DNA of 64,000 bases from Methanobacteriota archaeon (GTDB lineage: Archaea > Methanobacteriota > Methanobacteria > Methanobacteriales > Methanobacteriaceae): assembly GCA_963787255.1 (NCBI GenBank), contig CAWBCJ010000029.1, positions 320,001-384,000 of the forward strand, read 5' to 3'. The translations under genes and the position numbers were made by a program. How positions within the stretch are numbered: the stretch's first letter is position 1; each line of letters opens with the position of its first letter. Shown here piece by piece: positions 12,417 through 23,299 of the stretch. The notes under the pieces were generated by a model. It ran no database searches, had not been told where the DNA came from, and saw only the letters and a program-made list of their open reading frames with translations.

Positions 12417-12860
12417 CTAAGAAATTACATTAACTGGAACTTTTGCTCCCCTAACTACCCGGTCTGTAGTGCTTCCAATAATAAATTTTTCTATCCTATG
12501 TTTACCCGATTTTCCCATTATTACCTGATCCACGCCTTCTTCATCTATTGTTTTTAGTATAACGTCAGCGGGCTTTCCTTCTTTAACCAATGGGATAAGA
12601 TTAACGTTTTTACAATAACCTTGACATTGAGCATCCTCAATTTTTTGTTTAAATGCCTCAATTGCATTTTTTCCTTCTTTCATTAATTGCTTTTCCAGGC
12701 TTTCCCTTAAATCTTGCTGAGGTAACGCTTTTAAGTAATCAGTATCTATTACATACAGCACAATTATATCAGCACCGCTAATGTCTGAATTGGCAATAGC
12801 ATATTCACCTGCAGCCTCTGCCTGTTTTGAACCATCTGTAGGAACTAATATTTTAGTCAT
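12417..12860 (-). CDS. Universal stress protein (UspA family)
   Basis: [34 protein letters not shown]. Confidence 0.92.
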   Translation of the reverse strand: MTKILVPTDGSKQAEAAGEYAIANSDISGADIIVLYVIDTDYLKALPQQDLRESLEKQLMKEGKNAIEAFKQKIEDAQCQGYCKNVNLIPLVKEGKPADVILKTIDEEGVDQVIMGKSGKHRIEKFIIGSTTDRVVRGAKVPVNVIS

Positions 12861-12961
12861 AAATTTTACCTCCCCATAATATATTAATACACCAATTAGT
12901 TGTTTATGTAATTATAAGAATAAATAAGGAACTATTGATTTGAAGATATTTAATCACTAAA

Positions 12962-13609
12962 TTATTTCTTTATGATTTTTTTATTGATTACTTCCTTCAA
13001 TATGAGTGGAAGAGGTGTCCTATCACCAAAAACACGAGTTTTTCCCGATAAAATACCTTTTAAAATGTTATCCACAGACGAATCCGCATCTACTTCAGTT
13101 ATACAGCTTCCTATAGCTCCAATAAAATGCGCGTCACTTGATCCAATCTGAGGTATTCTCCTTTCTTCTGCCAGTTTTTTAGCCCTCCAGTTAGAATAAC
13201 CAAATATATATCGAGAATTTAAGGTTTCTATGGCATCAATGTCCAGGGTTTTAACGTAATCACATAGACCTTCCCTGTAACGTACGAAAGGATGTGGAAT
13301 TACTGCTATTCCTCCCTGTTCTCTTACCTGTTCTATTGTTTCTTCTGGTGACATTTTGGATTTAATTTCTTCCTGAATTCCAAGAGCAACTATATGGCCT
13401 TTAATGGTACTTATTTCCATTGCAGGGATTATAATAAGGTCTTCAATTCCTTTTGATTCTTTAATGCATTCCATTGATCCTTTTATGGAGTTATGATCTG
13501 CTATTGCAACTGCATCCAGACCTATCTTCCTTGATCTTTCAATTATCTCCTTTGGAGTCATTCGAGAATCGTTAGAATATATGCTGTGAACATGGGGGTC
13601 TATAATCAT
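12962..13609 (-). CDS. PHP domain metallo-phosphoesterase
   Basis: IDPHVHSIYSND, AIADHN, EIST..GH, IPHPF, GSSDAH. Confidence 0.88.
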   Translation of the reverse strand: MIIDPHVHSIYSNDSRMTPKEIIERSRKIGLDAVAIADHNSIKGSMECIKESKGIEDLIIIPAMEISTIKGHIVALGIQEEIKSKMSPEETIEQVREQGGIAVIPHPFVRYREGLCDYVKTLDIDAIETLNSRYIFGYSNWRAKKLAEERRIPQIGSSDAHFIGAIGSCITEVDADSSVDNILKGILSGKTRVFGDRTPLPLILKEVINKKIIKK

Positions 13610-13630
13610 TTAAAAACCTCATATTATTAT

Positions 13631-14680
13631 TTAGGGATATACTTTCGTTTCTTTTAAGTTTGATATAATTGTTTTAATAAGCCCAGATGTGCCTGTCATC
13701 ATCACATCACCTGCAGGAGCGGCGTAATGAACATTTAAATCTGTTTTTTCTAATATCTTTCTGCGGGGTCCAGTGGCAATAACGACTTCAAAATCTCCTA
13801 TAGGTGTCAGTGACCATGCTCCATGACCATTATCGTTGTGAACTTCTTCATGAGTTATGGTTCCATCTGCAAGCTTCTTTGTTAAATCTTCAATCTTTGA
13901 AGGGGTTAATTTACCAGTGTGATGCTCAAAAACGCCGCATATTTTTCCTTTATTGAAGGATGCTGCCAATGTATGTCCATTTCCAATATCCATAACTATA
14001 AATTTATTTAATTGTTTAACATAGCGATCACATGTGGCTCCACATACTGAGGCAAATTTTGAATCCATTATTACAGTATTATATTTTTTAAAGGATCTAA
14101 ATACTGCATTAATTCGGGTAAAGTATTCTGGTGCTCTTCCAAAATAAGCAAATTCTTCTGGAGATCTTGGTCTATTTAATTTTTCCTTTATTTTCATGAA
14201 TCTAAAGTTTCTATCGCCCATACCTTCTTTATATCCATGGTCTTGAACTGCTATCCCCAAATAATCAAAATTTGCGTTCACATCAAATTTAGATAAAGAA
14301 GCTCTTATTGCGTCGATATCTACGTCTTTTAGTTCAATTTTTTCTAAATCTGAATATTGTTTTTCATTATTTTCATCAACAATTTCAATTCCAAGTGATT
14401 TTACGTAATCAAGGTTATCTCTAACTGTTCTGGCTGCATTTTTGGTCATTATTACTTTGTGTCCTTTATTTAGATGATCCTGGAGAGCTTTATTAATAGG
14501 TCCACCACCCATAGTTTCCCCATTTATGAAAATATCACTTTTACATCTTCTTATTCTATCTGCAATTATTTTTGTTGGGGAGGGCATTACCATTTTAACT
14601 GAATTTTCAATGTTTTGGTTTGAATCATAGAGCATAATATCTTGGGTACCTGAACCAACGTCAACTGTCAAAATCTTCAT
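13631..14680 (-). CDS. DUF1786 family protein (ASKHA/actin-like fold)
   Basis: ILTVDVGSGTQDI, GETMGGG, AVQDHG, DIGNGHTLA, FEHHT, AAPAGDVMMTG. Confidence 0.75.
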   Translation of the reverse strand: MKILTVDVGSGTQDIMLYDSNQNIENSVKMVMPSPTKIIADRIRRCKSDIFINGETMGGGPINKALQDHLNKGHKVIMTKNAARTVRDNLDYVKSLGIEIVDENNEKQYSDLEKIELKDVDIDAIRASLSKFDVNANFDYLGIAVQDHGYKEGMGDRNFRFMKIKEKLNRPRSPEEFAYFGRAPEYFTRINAVFRSFKKYNTVIMDSKFASVCGATCDRYVKQLNKFIVMDIGNGHTLAASFNKGKICGVFEHHTGKLTPSKIEDLTKKLADGTITHEEVHNDNGHGAWSLTPIGDFEVVIATGPRRKILEKTDLNVHYAAPAGDVMMTGTSGLIKTIISNLKETKVYP

Positions 14681-14745
14681 GTTGTTATATTATAATTTTA
14701 TATATAATCAAATTTTAAGAAAATACGCTCAAGTTTAATATCTAA

Positions 14746-14781
14746 TGTATATATATGTACAACAAAGGTTTAAGTAGTACA
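14746..14781 (+). promoter_or_regulatory. TRP boxes (TrpY operator) around the trpB2 promoter
   Basis: TGTATA-N4-TGTACA at 14746-14761 and AGTACA at 14776-14781 flank a TTTAAGTA TATA-like box. TGTACA is the TrpY site described for Methanothermobacter. Confidence 0.65.
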
Positions 14782-14821
14782 ATAAAGTCATATATATTAT
14801 ATTAAGAGAATGGTGATTTAT

Positions 14822-16117
14822 ATGTATAAAGTTACATTATCAGAAAAAGAAATTCCAAAAAAATGGTATAACATAGCTGCTGACTTACCAGTAGAACTTC
14901 CAGCACCAGATCAGACTGAAGAAGGGAAACAATTGGAAAGTTTACCTAAAATATTTTCTAAGGGTGTTTTAGAGCAGGAAATGTCTACAAAACGATGGAT
15001 TGAAATCCCTAAAGAAGTAAGAAAAGTTTACAAAATGATGGGCAGGCCAAGTCCTTTATTCAGGGCAAAAGGCCTAGAAGATCACTTAGATACTCCAGCA
15101 AAAATTTACTACAAAAGGGAAGATTACTCCCCAACAGGGAGTCATAAGCTGAACACGGCTATTGCACAGGCATACTACGCTAAAAAGGATGGTGTAGACC
15201 GCCTAACAACAGAAACTGGTGCAGGACAATGGGGTACGGCTTTATCACTTGCATGTTCGCTTGTAGGTCTTGATTGTACTGTTTACATGGTTAATGTTTC
15301 ATTTACCCAAAAACCCTACAGAAAAACAATAATGCAAATATATGATGGAGAAGTTATACCTTCCCCCAGTGAAAGGACCGAATTTGGAAGAAAAATGTTA
15401 GCTGAAGACCCTAACCATCCCGGATCCCTGGGAATTGCAATATCTGAAGCAATGGAAGAAGCTTTACAGTATGATAACGTTTATTATTCACTTGGAAGTG
15501 TTTTAAATCATGTTCTATTACACCAAACTGTTATTGGACTTGAAACCAAAAAGCAGATGGAAATAATAGGAGAAGACCCTGATGTAATCGTTGGATGCGT
15601 CGGTGGTGGAAGTAACTTCGGAGGAGCCGTTTTCCCATTCATAAAAGACCAGCTTGATGAGAAAATAGACTGTAAATTTATTGCAGCAGAGCCTTCATCA
15701 TGCCCAACACTAACAAAAGGAGAATATAAATACGACTTTGGTGACACTGCTGGTTTAACACCACTTTTAAAGATGTACACCCTTGGACACGACTTTATAC
15801 CCCCATCAGTGCATGCTGGAGGATTACGTTACCATGGAATGGCGCCTTTAGTAGCCCTTCTCCAACATGAAGGGCTTATTGAAGCTCGTTCAGTAAACCA
15901 GAGCGATATTTTCAAGAGTGGTACAACTTTTGCTAAATGCGAAGGAGTAGTTCCAGCTCCAGAAACATGCCACGCTATAAAAATAGGAATTGACGAAGCA
16001 TTGGAGTGTAAGAAGACTAAAGAAGAGAAAAATATAATTATCAACTTCTCTGGACATGGAATGCTTGACCTTAAAGGTTATGACGATTATATAAACGGTA
16101 ATCTTGAAGGTAAATAA
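14822..16117 (+). CDS. trpB2: Stand-alone tryptophan synthase beta chain-like protein TrpB2
   Basis: [19 protein letters not shown] (PLP Lys), [30 protein letters not shown]. Confidence 0.95.
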   Translation: MYKVTLSEKEIPKKWYNIAADLPVELPAPDQTEEGKQLESLPKIFSKGVLEQEMSTKRWIEIPKEVRKVYKMMGRPSPLFRAKGLEDHLDTPAKIYYKREDYSPTGSHKLNTAIAQAYYAKKDGVDRLTTETGAGQWGTALSLACSLVGLDCTVYMVNVSFTQKPYRKTIMQIYDGEVIPSPSERTEFGRKMLAEDPNHPGSLGIAISEAMEEALQYDNVYYSLGSVLNHVLLHQTVIGLETKKQMEIIGEDPDVIVGCVGGGSNFGGAVFPFIKDQLDEKIDCKFIAAEPSSCPTLTKGEYKYDFGDTAGLTPLLKMYTLGHDFIPPSVHAGGLRYHGMAPLVALLQHEGLIEARSVNQSDIFKSGTTFAKCEGVVPAPETCHAIKIGIDEALECKKTKEEKNIIINFSGHGMLDLKGYDDYINGNLEGK

Positions 16118-16126
16118 ATTCCTTCC

Positions 16127-16426
16127 TTACATCTTTTTTCTTAATTCTTTTTTGTAATCATCTATAACAACTTCATTGATGGCTACATTATACCAATCAA
16201 TGAATTTTTTGACCTCTTTTTCCTTAATTTCCTCTTTACTAATTTCTGAAGGTTTTAATTCAACACTGATTAAAGCAGTTTCGTCTGACTCGTTGTATTT
16301 ATATGAGGTTTTCCTATTATAATGACTTACTACAACTCCAAGCATTTTCTTGTACACCGGATTAATTCCTTCATCTATAAACTGTAATTCTCCATTTTGG
16401 CTGGATTCTTTAAGATATCTTATCAT
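16127..16426 (-). CDS. Hypothetical protein
   Basis: 99-aa ORF with GGTGA RBS upstream and typical composition; no recognised motif. Confidence 0.6.
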   Translation of the reverse strand: MIRYLKESSQNGELQFIDEGINPVYKKMLGVVVSHYNRKTSYKYNESDETALISVELKPSEISKEEIKEKEVKKFIDWYNVAINEVVIDDYKKELRKKM

Positions 16427-16743
16427 TTTTTTTCACCATAGATTGAAAAATTTATTATGTATGCATTTATCTTTCATAATTATTATTATTTTGGAAGCAG
16501 TCTTGAACATGCAAACATTGTAAAACTTAAATTCAAAAATAATCAGCACAAGCACTTAAAAACTAAAACTATATTTCTATGAATCCTGCAAAAACAAAAT
16601 TTTTCTGGCATGCAAAATTTATTATTCTTTGACATGTTGATCCCAAATACAAAGTTATCCCATTTTATAAACATAAAGTAAAACTATATTTATACCGTTT
16701 AATTTATACATTAATTTAGATTATATAATGGAGGGTAAAATTT

Positions 16744-17964
16744 ATGTATCTCATAGGAGAAGCTTTAATAGGAAGCGGGAATGAAATAGCTCACGTTGAT
16801 TTAGTAATAGGGGATAAAAACGGTCCCGCAGGAACTGCATTCGTAAATAGTTTAACACAACTATCAATAGGACACACTCCTTTACTTTCAGTCATCAGGC
16901 CAAATTTACTAACCAAGCCAGCGACTTTAATAATACCTAAAGTAACAGTAGGATGTTTAGAGGATGCTAATAAGATATTTGGTCCAGCACAGACTGCTGT
17001 GGGAAGAGCGGTTGCTGATGCAGTGGAAGAAGGATTAATTCCTGTTGATAAGGCAGAAGACATTGTAATTCTTGCTTCAGTATTCATACACCCAGAAGCA
17101 GAAGATTTCCGTAAGATTTACCAGTACAATTATGGAGCAACCAAATTGGCAATAAGAAGAGCAATGGAAGGATATCCATCCGTAAATAAAGTTTTAGCTG
17201 AAAAAGATAGAGGAGCACACGCAGTAATGGGCTTTAAAGTTGTAAAACTATGGAATCCACCATACTTACAAGTTGCACTTGATTTAGACAACTTTGAAGA
17301 CGTAGAACGGATTATAAACAGTCTTCCAGACCGTGAAAGAATATTACTTGAAGCTGGAACACCACTCATCAAAAAATTTGGTGTTGGAGTTGTAAGCAAA
17401 ATAAGAGAACTTAGAAAAGATGCATTTATCATAGCAGACCTTAAAACCCTTGATGTTGGGAGAATAGAGGTCAAAATAGCTGCAGATGAAACTGCTGACG
17501 CTGTTGCAATTTCCGGACTTGGAACCATTGAATCCATTGAAAAAGCAATCCATGAAGCCCTAAAACAGGGAATATACTCCATATTAGACATGATGAACGT
17601 GGATAACTTCGTTGAAAAACTGCAATCACTCAGATACAAACCAGACATTGTACTTTTACACAGAAACGTTGATCTAGAAACAATGGCAGCCGAAAGAGGA
17701 GAAGCAGAAGTAGAAGTTACCGAATGGGGTAACATAACAGAAATTAAAGAAATCCTAGGTAAAGGAAAACGCGTGGCTGTTGCTGGTGGAGTAACCCCTG
17801 ACAAAGTGGATAAGGCCCTTACAAACGGTGCAGACATAATTGTTGTTGGAAGGTACATCATCGGTTCAAGAGATGTAAGACGAGCTGCAGAAGATTTCTT
17901 AGCACACATGCCTCAAGATCCAGACACAATGAGACTTGCACTTGACGAAGACGAGTCAATCTAA
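16744..17964 (+). CDS. fae-hps: Bifunctional formaldehyde-activating enzyme / 3-hexulose-6-phosphate synthase
   Basis: Fae domain [23 protein letters not shown] domain [33 protein letters not shown]. Confidence 0.95.
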   Translation: MYLIGEALIGSGNEIAHVDLVIGDKNGPAGTAFVNSLTQLSIGHTPLLSVIRPNLLTKPATLIIPKVTVGCLEDANKIFGPAQTAVGRAVADAVEEGLIPVDKAEDIVILASVFIHPEAEDFRKIYQYNYGATKLAIRRAMEGYPSVNKVLAEKDRGAHAVMGFKVVKLWNPPYLQVALDLDNFEDVERIINSLPDRERILLEAGTPLIKKFGVGVVSKIRELRKDAFIIADLKTLDVGRIEVKIAADETADAVAISGLGTIESIEKAIHEALKQGIYSILDMMNVDNFVEKLQSLRYKPDIVLLHRNVDLETMAAERGEAEVEVTEWGNITEIKEILGKGKRVAVAGGVTPDKVDKALTNGADIIVVGRYIIGSRDVRRAAEDFLAHMPQDPDTMRLALDEDESI

Positions 17965-17982
17965 TAAATTAAACACACCAAA

Positions 17983-18006
17983 TAAGCAGGATATACTCCC
18001 TGCTTA
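17983..18006 (+). terminator. Hairpin terminator after fae-hps
   Basis: TAAGCAGG-N8-CCTGCTTA followed by a T-tract. Confidence 0.55.
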
Positions 18007-18128
18007 ATCTATTTTTTATTTAAATTAACAAATTTTTATAATCAATACGTTATTCTTAATTCGAAATAATATTTTTAGGGAAGTTTTATTTATTCTTATT
18101 AACCATACACTAACTGGAGGATTATTTT

Positions 18129-18716
18129 ATGATCATTGGAATATGTGGAAGTCCAAGACAACAAGCTACAGATTATGTGCTACATGAAGCTTTAAACATG
18201 TTGGAAGAGAAAGGATTTGAAACTACCTTTTTCAGTGTCCGAGGAAAAGATATAGCAGGTTGCATGCACTGCGATTATTGTTTAAGGGAAGAAGAGTGCA
18301 TTAAAAAAGATGATATGTATGAAGTTTACAATTTAATACGTGATTGTAAAGGAATTATAATGGCATCTCCAAGTTATAATGGTGGAATGAGCGCCCAATT
18401 AAAAGCTGTTTTGGATAGAACACGTGCATTAGGCGCCGTAGATATTAATTTTTTAAGAAATAAGGTGGGAATGGCCATTGCCGTTGGTGGCGACAGAATG
18501 GGCGGCCAGGAACTTGTTATACAGCAGATATTAACTTATTACGTGCTTACAGGTGCGATACCTATAAGTGGTGGCGCATGGGGTGCAAATTTAGGTGCTA
18601 CATTCTGGTCAAAAGACAGTCTTGATGGAGTGAAAAATGATGAAGAAGGGTTTAAGACTCTTAAAAAGACTGTAAACAAATTTTCAGAATTTTTAGATAC
18701 TTACAGTGAAAAATAA
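18129..18716 (+). CDS. Iron-sulfur flavoprotein (Isf, flavodoxin-like fold)
   Basis: GICGSPR, compact Cys motif CMHCDYCx5C, ASPSYNGGMSAQLKAVLDR, GGQE. Confidence 0.85.
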   Translation: MIIGICGSPRQQATDYVLHEALNMLEEKGFETTFFSVRGKDIAGCMHCDYCLREEECIKKDDMYEVYNLIRDCKGIIMASPSYNGGMSAQLKAVLDRTRALGAVDINFLRNKVGMAIAVGGDRMGGQELVIQQILTYYVLTGAIPISGGAWGANLGATFWSKDSLDGVKNDEEGFKTLKKTVNKFSEFLDTYSEK

Positions 18717-18970
18717 CTATTTATTTTTTATATTATAATTAAAAAAGATCATAAACCCTATTAAAAATGGGCACATTTTAATGTATTTCCTTAAAATTTA
18801 AAAAGTATTTAATAAAGTCTTTAAATACTATATTTCCCATATTAATGGAAGTATAAAAAAAATTCAATTTGACGAATTTTATTATTTAAACAAATAATTA
18901 TCAAAATTAAATAGTATTAAAAAATATTTAATAAGCTTTCAGTGAATGTTTTATTTTTTCGGTGATTTAA

Positions 18971-20518
18971 TTGGCAAGTTCAAAGATACTAAAGGGAAGC
19001 TTTCTCATAATGGTAAGCTACATATTCTTTCGAATAGGTGGCTTAATATATAGATTTTTAATGAGTAGATTGCTCGGCCCAGATGGTTACGGCCTTGTTG
19101 TCATGACATTACCATTTCAGGGAATTTTTCAGATTTTATCTGCTGCCGGGATCCCTCCAGCTGTCGCTAAATTCGTAGCGCAGCATAAAGCTGTTGGCGA
19201 AGATGATGTGGCAAGACAGGTCATTTTTACATCTTTAAAACTCATGTCAATTTTAGGTATTTTTTTTGCTCTTGTAATGTTCTTCTCTGCTGACTGGATA
19301 GCCCTTAACTGGTTCCATAAGCCAGAAGTTGCCTATCCCCTTAAAGCTGTTGCACTTATAACTCCTTTTAGTGTTATAGTAGGCGCATTTAGAGGAGCTT
19401 TCCAGGGTTTATACAGAATGGAATTTATAGTGGCCACAAGAGCTGCTGAACAGATTTTCACCATTATATTTGCCGTTGTACTTGTATCATTGGGTTTTTA
19501 TGCTGCAGGAGCAGTTATAGGTACTGCATTAGGATTTTTAGCATCTGCAATAACTGCAGTTATAATATTTAGAAAATATTTGTGGAGCTATTTCCCAGAA
19601 CCTACCCCTGAAAATAAATTAAGCTTCAAGGAAGAGTTAGGCCTTATTAGAATAATTTTAGCTTTTTCAATACCTGTTGCAGTTACAGGATTATCTGAGC
19701 TTGCCATATATGATGTTAGTACATTTATGATAGGTAGATACATGACTGCTAAAGATGCAGGATATTATGGGGTTGCAGATCCAATAGCAAGATTACCCCT
19801 CATAATTTCGCTGTCTGTAGCAGCAGCAATACTCCCTGCAGCATCTGAAGCTGCTAGTTTAAATGATAAAAAGCTGCTTGAAACATACATCAATCAATCA
19901 TATCGTTATGTTATTTTACTTGTCCTACCAATTTGTGTAGGTGTTTCTATATTTGCTCAACCTATCCTGGGATTATTATTTGGGTATGATTATATCTATG
20001 GTGCAGGTGCCCTAAGCATTCTCGTTATCGGAATGGCATTTTATACCTTATTTATGGTTTCATCAAGTATTACCCAGGGGATTGGACATCCGCGGCTTCC
20101 TATGACTATTCTCCTTATAGGAACAGCAATAAACATTGCTTTAAATTATGTTATGGTGCAGCTTTATGGACTTATAGGTGCTGCAATAGCTACAACTATG
20201 GCTGCTTTCGTCATAATGGTTGCAATCGTGTGGAAAACCTTCAAGATAACTGAAGTTAATCCTCCTTATCTGGATTTTGTTAGAATAGGGACTGCATCAC
20301 TGGTGATGGGATTAATCATATTTATAATACCTAAAAGTATTTCTGGATTAATAGCTGCCATAATTATAGCCCCAATTGTATATATAATTGCTTTCACACT
20401 CATTGGAGGGTTTAAAATGGACGATATTAGAATAATGAGAAAATATATAGTAAAATTTGGTCCACTATCTAAAGTATTAGAAAAATTAGTTAAATTTATA
20501 GAAAGGTTCGCAAAATAA
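18971..20518 (+). CDS. MOP-superfamily flippase (SpoVB/MurJ/Wzx-like)
   Basis: About 14 hydrophobic segments, SRLLGPDGYG, AGIPPAVAKFVA, RGAFQG, GYYGVA. Confidence 0.8.
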   Translation: MASSKILKGSFLIMVSYIFFRIGGLIYRFLMSRLLGPDGYGLVVMTLPFQGIFQILSAAGIPPAVAKFVAQHKAVGEDDVARQVIFTSLKLMSILGIFFALVMFFSADWIALNWFHKPEVAYPLKAVALITPFSVIVGAFRGAFQGLYRMEFIVATRAAEQIFTIIFAVVLVSLGFYAAGAVIGTALGFLASAITAVIIFRKYLWSYFPEPTPENKLSFKEELGLIRIILAFSIPVAVTGLSELAIYDVSTFMIGRYMTAKDAGYYGVADPIARLPLIISLSVAAAILPAASEAASLNDKKLLETYINQSYRYVILLVLPICVGVSIFAQPILGLLFGYDYIYGAGALSILVIGMAFYTLFMVSSSITQGIGHPRLPMTILLIGTAINIALNYVMVQLYGLIGAAIATTMAAFVIMVAIVWKTFKITEVNPPYLDFVRIGTASLVMGLIIFIIPKSISGLIAAIIIAPIVYIIAFTLIGGFKMDDIRIMRKYIVKFGPLSKVLEKLVKFIERFAK

Positions 20519-20554
20519 TTAAATAGTAAATTTAAAAAGTATGAAGATGATATC

Positions 20555-21262
20555 ATGCCGGACTTTAAAAAAAGGCCAAAATATAAACTGGATATGGAAG
20601 TTGAAATTGGAGAAAGAATTGTATCTTTAAATAACAAAAAATCCCGGCTTCTTCAATGTATAGACAAATGCGGATCAATAGTTAATGCTTCAAAAGAAAC
20701 TGGAATACCCTACAGAACTGCTCTTAAAAATATTGAAATAATGGAAAAAGAGCTCGGTTCCCCAATTGTAACTACCAAAAGAGGCGGAAAAGGTGGTGGC
20801 GGTAGCAGCGAACTCACTGATAGCGGAAAAGAAATTCTGCAAAAATTTATCAAATTGAACAGAGTTATTAAAAAGCACGCCGATTTAAATGAAATAGATG
20901 GTGTTGTATCTTCTATAGATGAAGAAGAAAGAGTAATGATGGTGAAATTGGATAAAAAAGAAATAGTATTACCAATCATTGAGGACTTCAATGTTGGAGA
21001 CACTGTTCTTATTCTGATAGGTCCAAGCGACATATTTGTAACTTTGGAAGCTCAAAAATCCAGTGTTAGGAATATGCTTGAAGGAAAAATAACAGAGATG
21101 AAATTTAAAAAAGATATAGTACGTATGACTGTAAGCATTAATGGTATCGATGTTATTGTTGATATAACTGAATTATCAAGGAAAGAACTTGATTTAAACC
21201 TTGGAAAGCGTGTTTTTATAGGATTTAAAGCAGCTGCATTAGATATAATGAAACGAAACTAA
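20555..21262 (+). CDS. ModE-like regulator (winged HTH plus TOBE/molybdate-binding domain)
   Basis: CGSIVNASKETGIPYRTA, RGGKGGGGSSELT, SSVRNMLEGKI, LNLGKRVFIGFKA. Confidence 0.82.
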   Translation: MPDFKKRPKYKLDMEVEIGERIVSLNNKKSRLLQCIDKCGSIVNASKETGIPYRTALKNIEIMEKELGSPIVTTKRGGKGGGGSSELTDSGKEILQKFIKLNRVIKKHADLNEIDGVVSSIDEEERVMMVKLDKKEIVLPIIEDFNVGDTVLILIGPSDIFVTLEAQKSSVRNMLEGKITEMKFKKDIVRMTVSINGIDVIVDITELSRKELDLNLGKRVFIGFKAAALDIMKRN

Positions 21263-21289
21263 CAATATTTAAAAATAGGATTTGGACTA

Positions 21290-21496
21290 ATGAAAATACT
21301 TGTTGACAAAGAAAAATGCACCGGATGCGGAATATGCAAAGAAGAATGCCCTAAAGGAGCCAAAATCTGGAATGTGGAAGATAAAGCCATGGCCACAAAC
21401 CTCCAATTCTGTCATTTATGTACGTTTTGTGCTTCAAAATGTCCTGAACAGGCCATACTTGTAGTTAGAGACGATAATGAACCTCCAGAATCATAG
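21290..21496 (+). CDS. 2x[4Fe-4S] ferredoxin
   Basis: CTGCGICKEECP and CHLCTFCASKCP. Confidence 0.9.
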   Translation: MKILVDKEKCTGCGICKEECPKGAKIWNVEDKAMATNLQFCHLCTFCASKCPEQAILVVRDDNEPPES

Positions 21497-21524
21497 ATTT
21501 TGAGATATTCGATGGGATATAGAG

Positions 21525-22112
21525 ATGATACATATGAAAAGAAGCAATAAATTGAGTAGAAAAACCTCAGAAACAGATATTGAAATTTCACTTGACCTTG
21601 ATGGTAATGGAAAATCTGAGATTGATACTGGAATCGACTTTTTTGACCACATGCTTGATTCCTTTTCAAGGCACGGGTTTTTCGATCTCACTGTAAAAGC
21701 AAAAGGTGATATAAAAGTTGATGACCACCACACAGTTGAAGATATTGGTATTCTTCTTGGAGACGCATTTGCACAGGCTTTAGGAAATAAAAAAGGAATA
21801 AAACGGATGGCACATGCTATAATTCCAATGGATGACGCCTTAGCAACAGTAGCAGTGGATATAAGTGGTAGAAGCTACAGCGTTTTAAATTTTTCCTTTA
21901 AAAAAGCAAAAGTAGGGGATTTAAGCACTGAAAACGTGGAACACTTCTTTGAATCATTTGCAAACCATGCAAGAATAAACATAAATGCAAAAGTTGAAGG
22001 TGAAAATGACCACCACAAAATAGAAGCTCTCTTTAAAGCATTTGCACGAGCATTAAGCGACGCATCACGAATTGAACACGATATTATTCCCAGTACCAAG
22101 GGAATTTTATAA
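21525..22112 (+). CDS. hisB: Imidazoleglycerol-phosphate dehydratase
   Basis: [46 protein letters not shown]. Confidence 0.97.
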   Translation: MIHMKRSNKLSRKTSETDIEISLDLDGNGKSEIDTGIDFFDHMLDSFSRHGFFDLTVKAKGDIKVDDHHTVEDIGILLGDAFAQALGNKKGIKRMAHAIIPMDDALATVAVDISGRSYSVLNFSFKKAKVGDLSTENVEHFFESFANHARININAKVEGENDHHKIEALFKAFARALSDASRIEHDIIPSTKGIL

Positions 22113-22128
22113 TTTTGTACTTTAAAAA

Positions 22129-22575
22129 TTAATACTTTAATTTACTTATTTTTTCACTAATTTTTTGAATTAACACATCTATTTCTAACTTCAACATTCC
22201 AAATTTATCATTTTCATCTTTTACGCCCAATAAATCTTTTTCTATGCCGTTTAATTCGTAAAGATCAATTTCAATATCCATTTCATAATAATCAGATATC
22301 ATTACATCAACTTGATGCAACATCTCGTCAATTTCCCGGTATTGATATAAAATTGACTTTATTTCTTCCTGTATTTCACTTAATCTGGATTTCAAACCTT
22401 CCAACGAATTTAAAGATACTTGAAGATCAGATATTTCTATAACTTCACTGCACGCTTTTTTTGTTTCATCAACTTCAAGGCGCATATTTTCTAATTTGAG
22501 TTTATTAGAACTTGCAAAAAGCATCATATGAGTATAATCATCGTACATTTGCTCAAAATAACTTTTATTCACCAA
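22129..22575 (-). CDS. Hypothetical acidic coiled-coil protein
   Basis: 148-aa ORF with GGAGG RBS and heptad-like L/I/E/K pattern. Confidence 0.6.
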   Translation of the reverse strand: MVNKSYFEQMYDDYTHMMLFASSNKLKLENMRLEVDETKKACSEVIEISDLQVSLNSLEGLKSRLSEIQEEIKSILYQYREIDEMLHQVDVMISDYYEMDIEIDLYELNGIEKDLLGVKDENDKFGMLKLEIDVLIQKISEKISKLKY

Positions 22576-22772
22576 ATACCTCCAAAAAAGGATGTAACCT
22601 ACATCAACCTTCTTTTAATATAATTATGTAAGCCATAATAAAAAAAATTATCCTATCATTTATTTTAGAAAAAGGACAAATAATAAATAAGCTAAGAAAC
22701 GCTTCAAGATTTTAACTATTAGGAATAATTAAAAATGATGCATGCTCTTCTTTAAATAATGGGAGGAATTAA

Positions 22773-23282
22773 ATGGAATTTCTGGATTTAGTTAAATCTA
22801 GGTATAGTGTGAGGGCCTATAAAAACGAGCCCGTTGAAGAGGAAAAATTAGGAAAAATACTCGAAGCAGCACGTTTTGCTCCAACAGCAGTGAATTATCA
22901 ACCTTTTAAGTTAATAGTAATTCATACAGAAGGGCGTGAAGAGGAACTTAAACGTATTTATCAAGCTGAATGGTTCAGCGAAGCGCCTATAATAATCTGT
23001 GTGTGCTGTGAGCCCCATAATGCTTGGGTACGCAGAGATGGTAAAAATTTCGCTGATGTGGACGCTACAATCGTTATGGACCATATAATCCTTGCTGCAA
23101 CAAGTCTAGGGCTTGGAACCTGTTGGATTGGCGCTTTTGACGCTGAAGCTGCGCGAGAAATTCTAAAAATACCGGAAGATGTCCAACCCCTGGTTTTTAC
23201 GCCGATTGGATACCCTGCAGACGAAATGGGTGAGAAAAAAAGAAAGGAATTATCTAAAATTGTTATGTATGAACACTGGTGA
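22773..23282 (+). CDS. Nitroreductase family flavoprotein
   Basis: RYSVRAY, AARFAPTAVNYQP, LAATSLGLGTCWIG, PIGYP. Confidence 0.92.
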   Translation: MEFLDLVKSRYSVRAYKNEPVEEEKLGKILEAARFAPTAVNYQPFKLIVIHTEGREEELKRIYQAEWFSEAPIIICVCCEPHNAWVRRDGKNFADVDATIVMDHIILAATSLGLGTCWIGAFDAEAAREILKIPEDVQPLVFTPIGYPADEMGEKKRKELSKIVMYEHW

Positions 23283-23299
23283 AGAAACAGTATTATTGA

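Noticed and set aside
17130-17909. Long antisense ORF (259 aa) and similar shadow ORFs (e.g. 37279-37974, 3773-4162, 24828-25157)
   Set aside because: They lie opposite well-supported genes, are Ser/Ile/Phe-rich without motifs, and are explained by codon bias on the coding strand.
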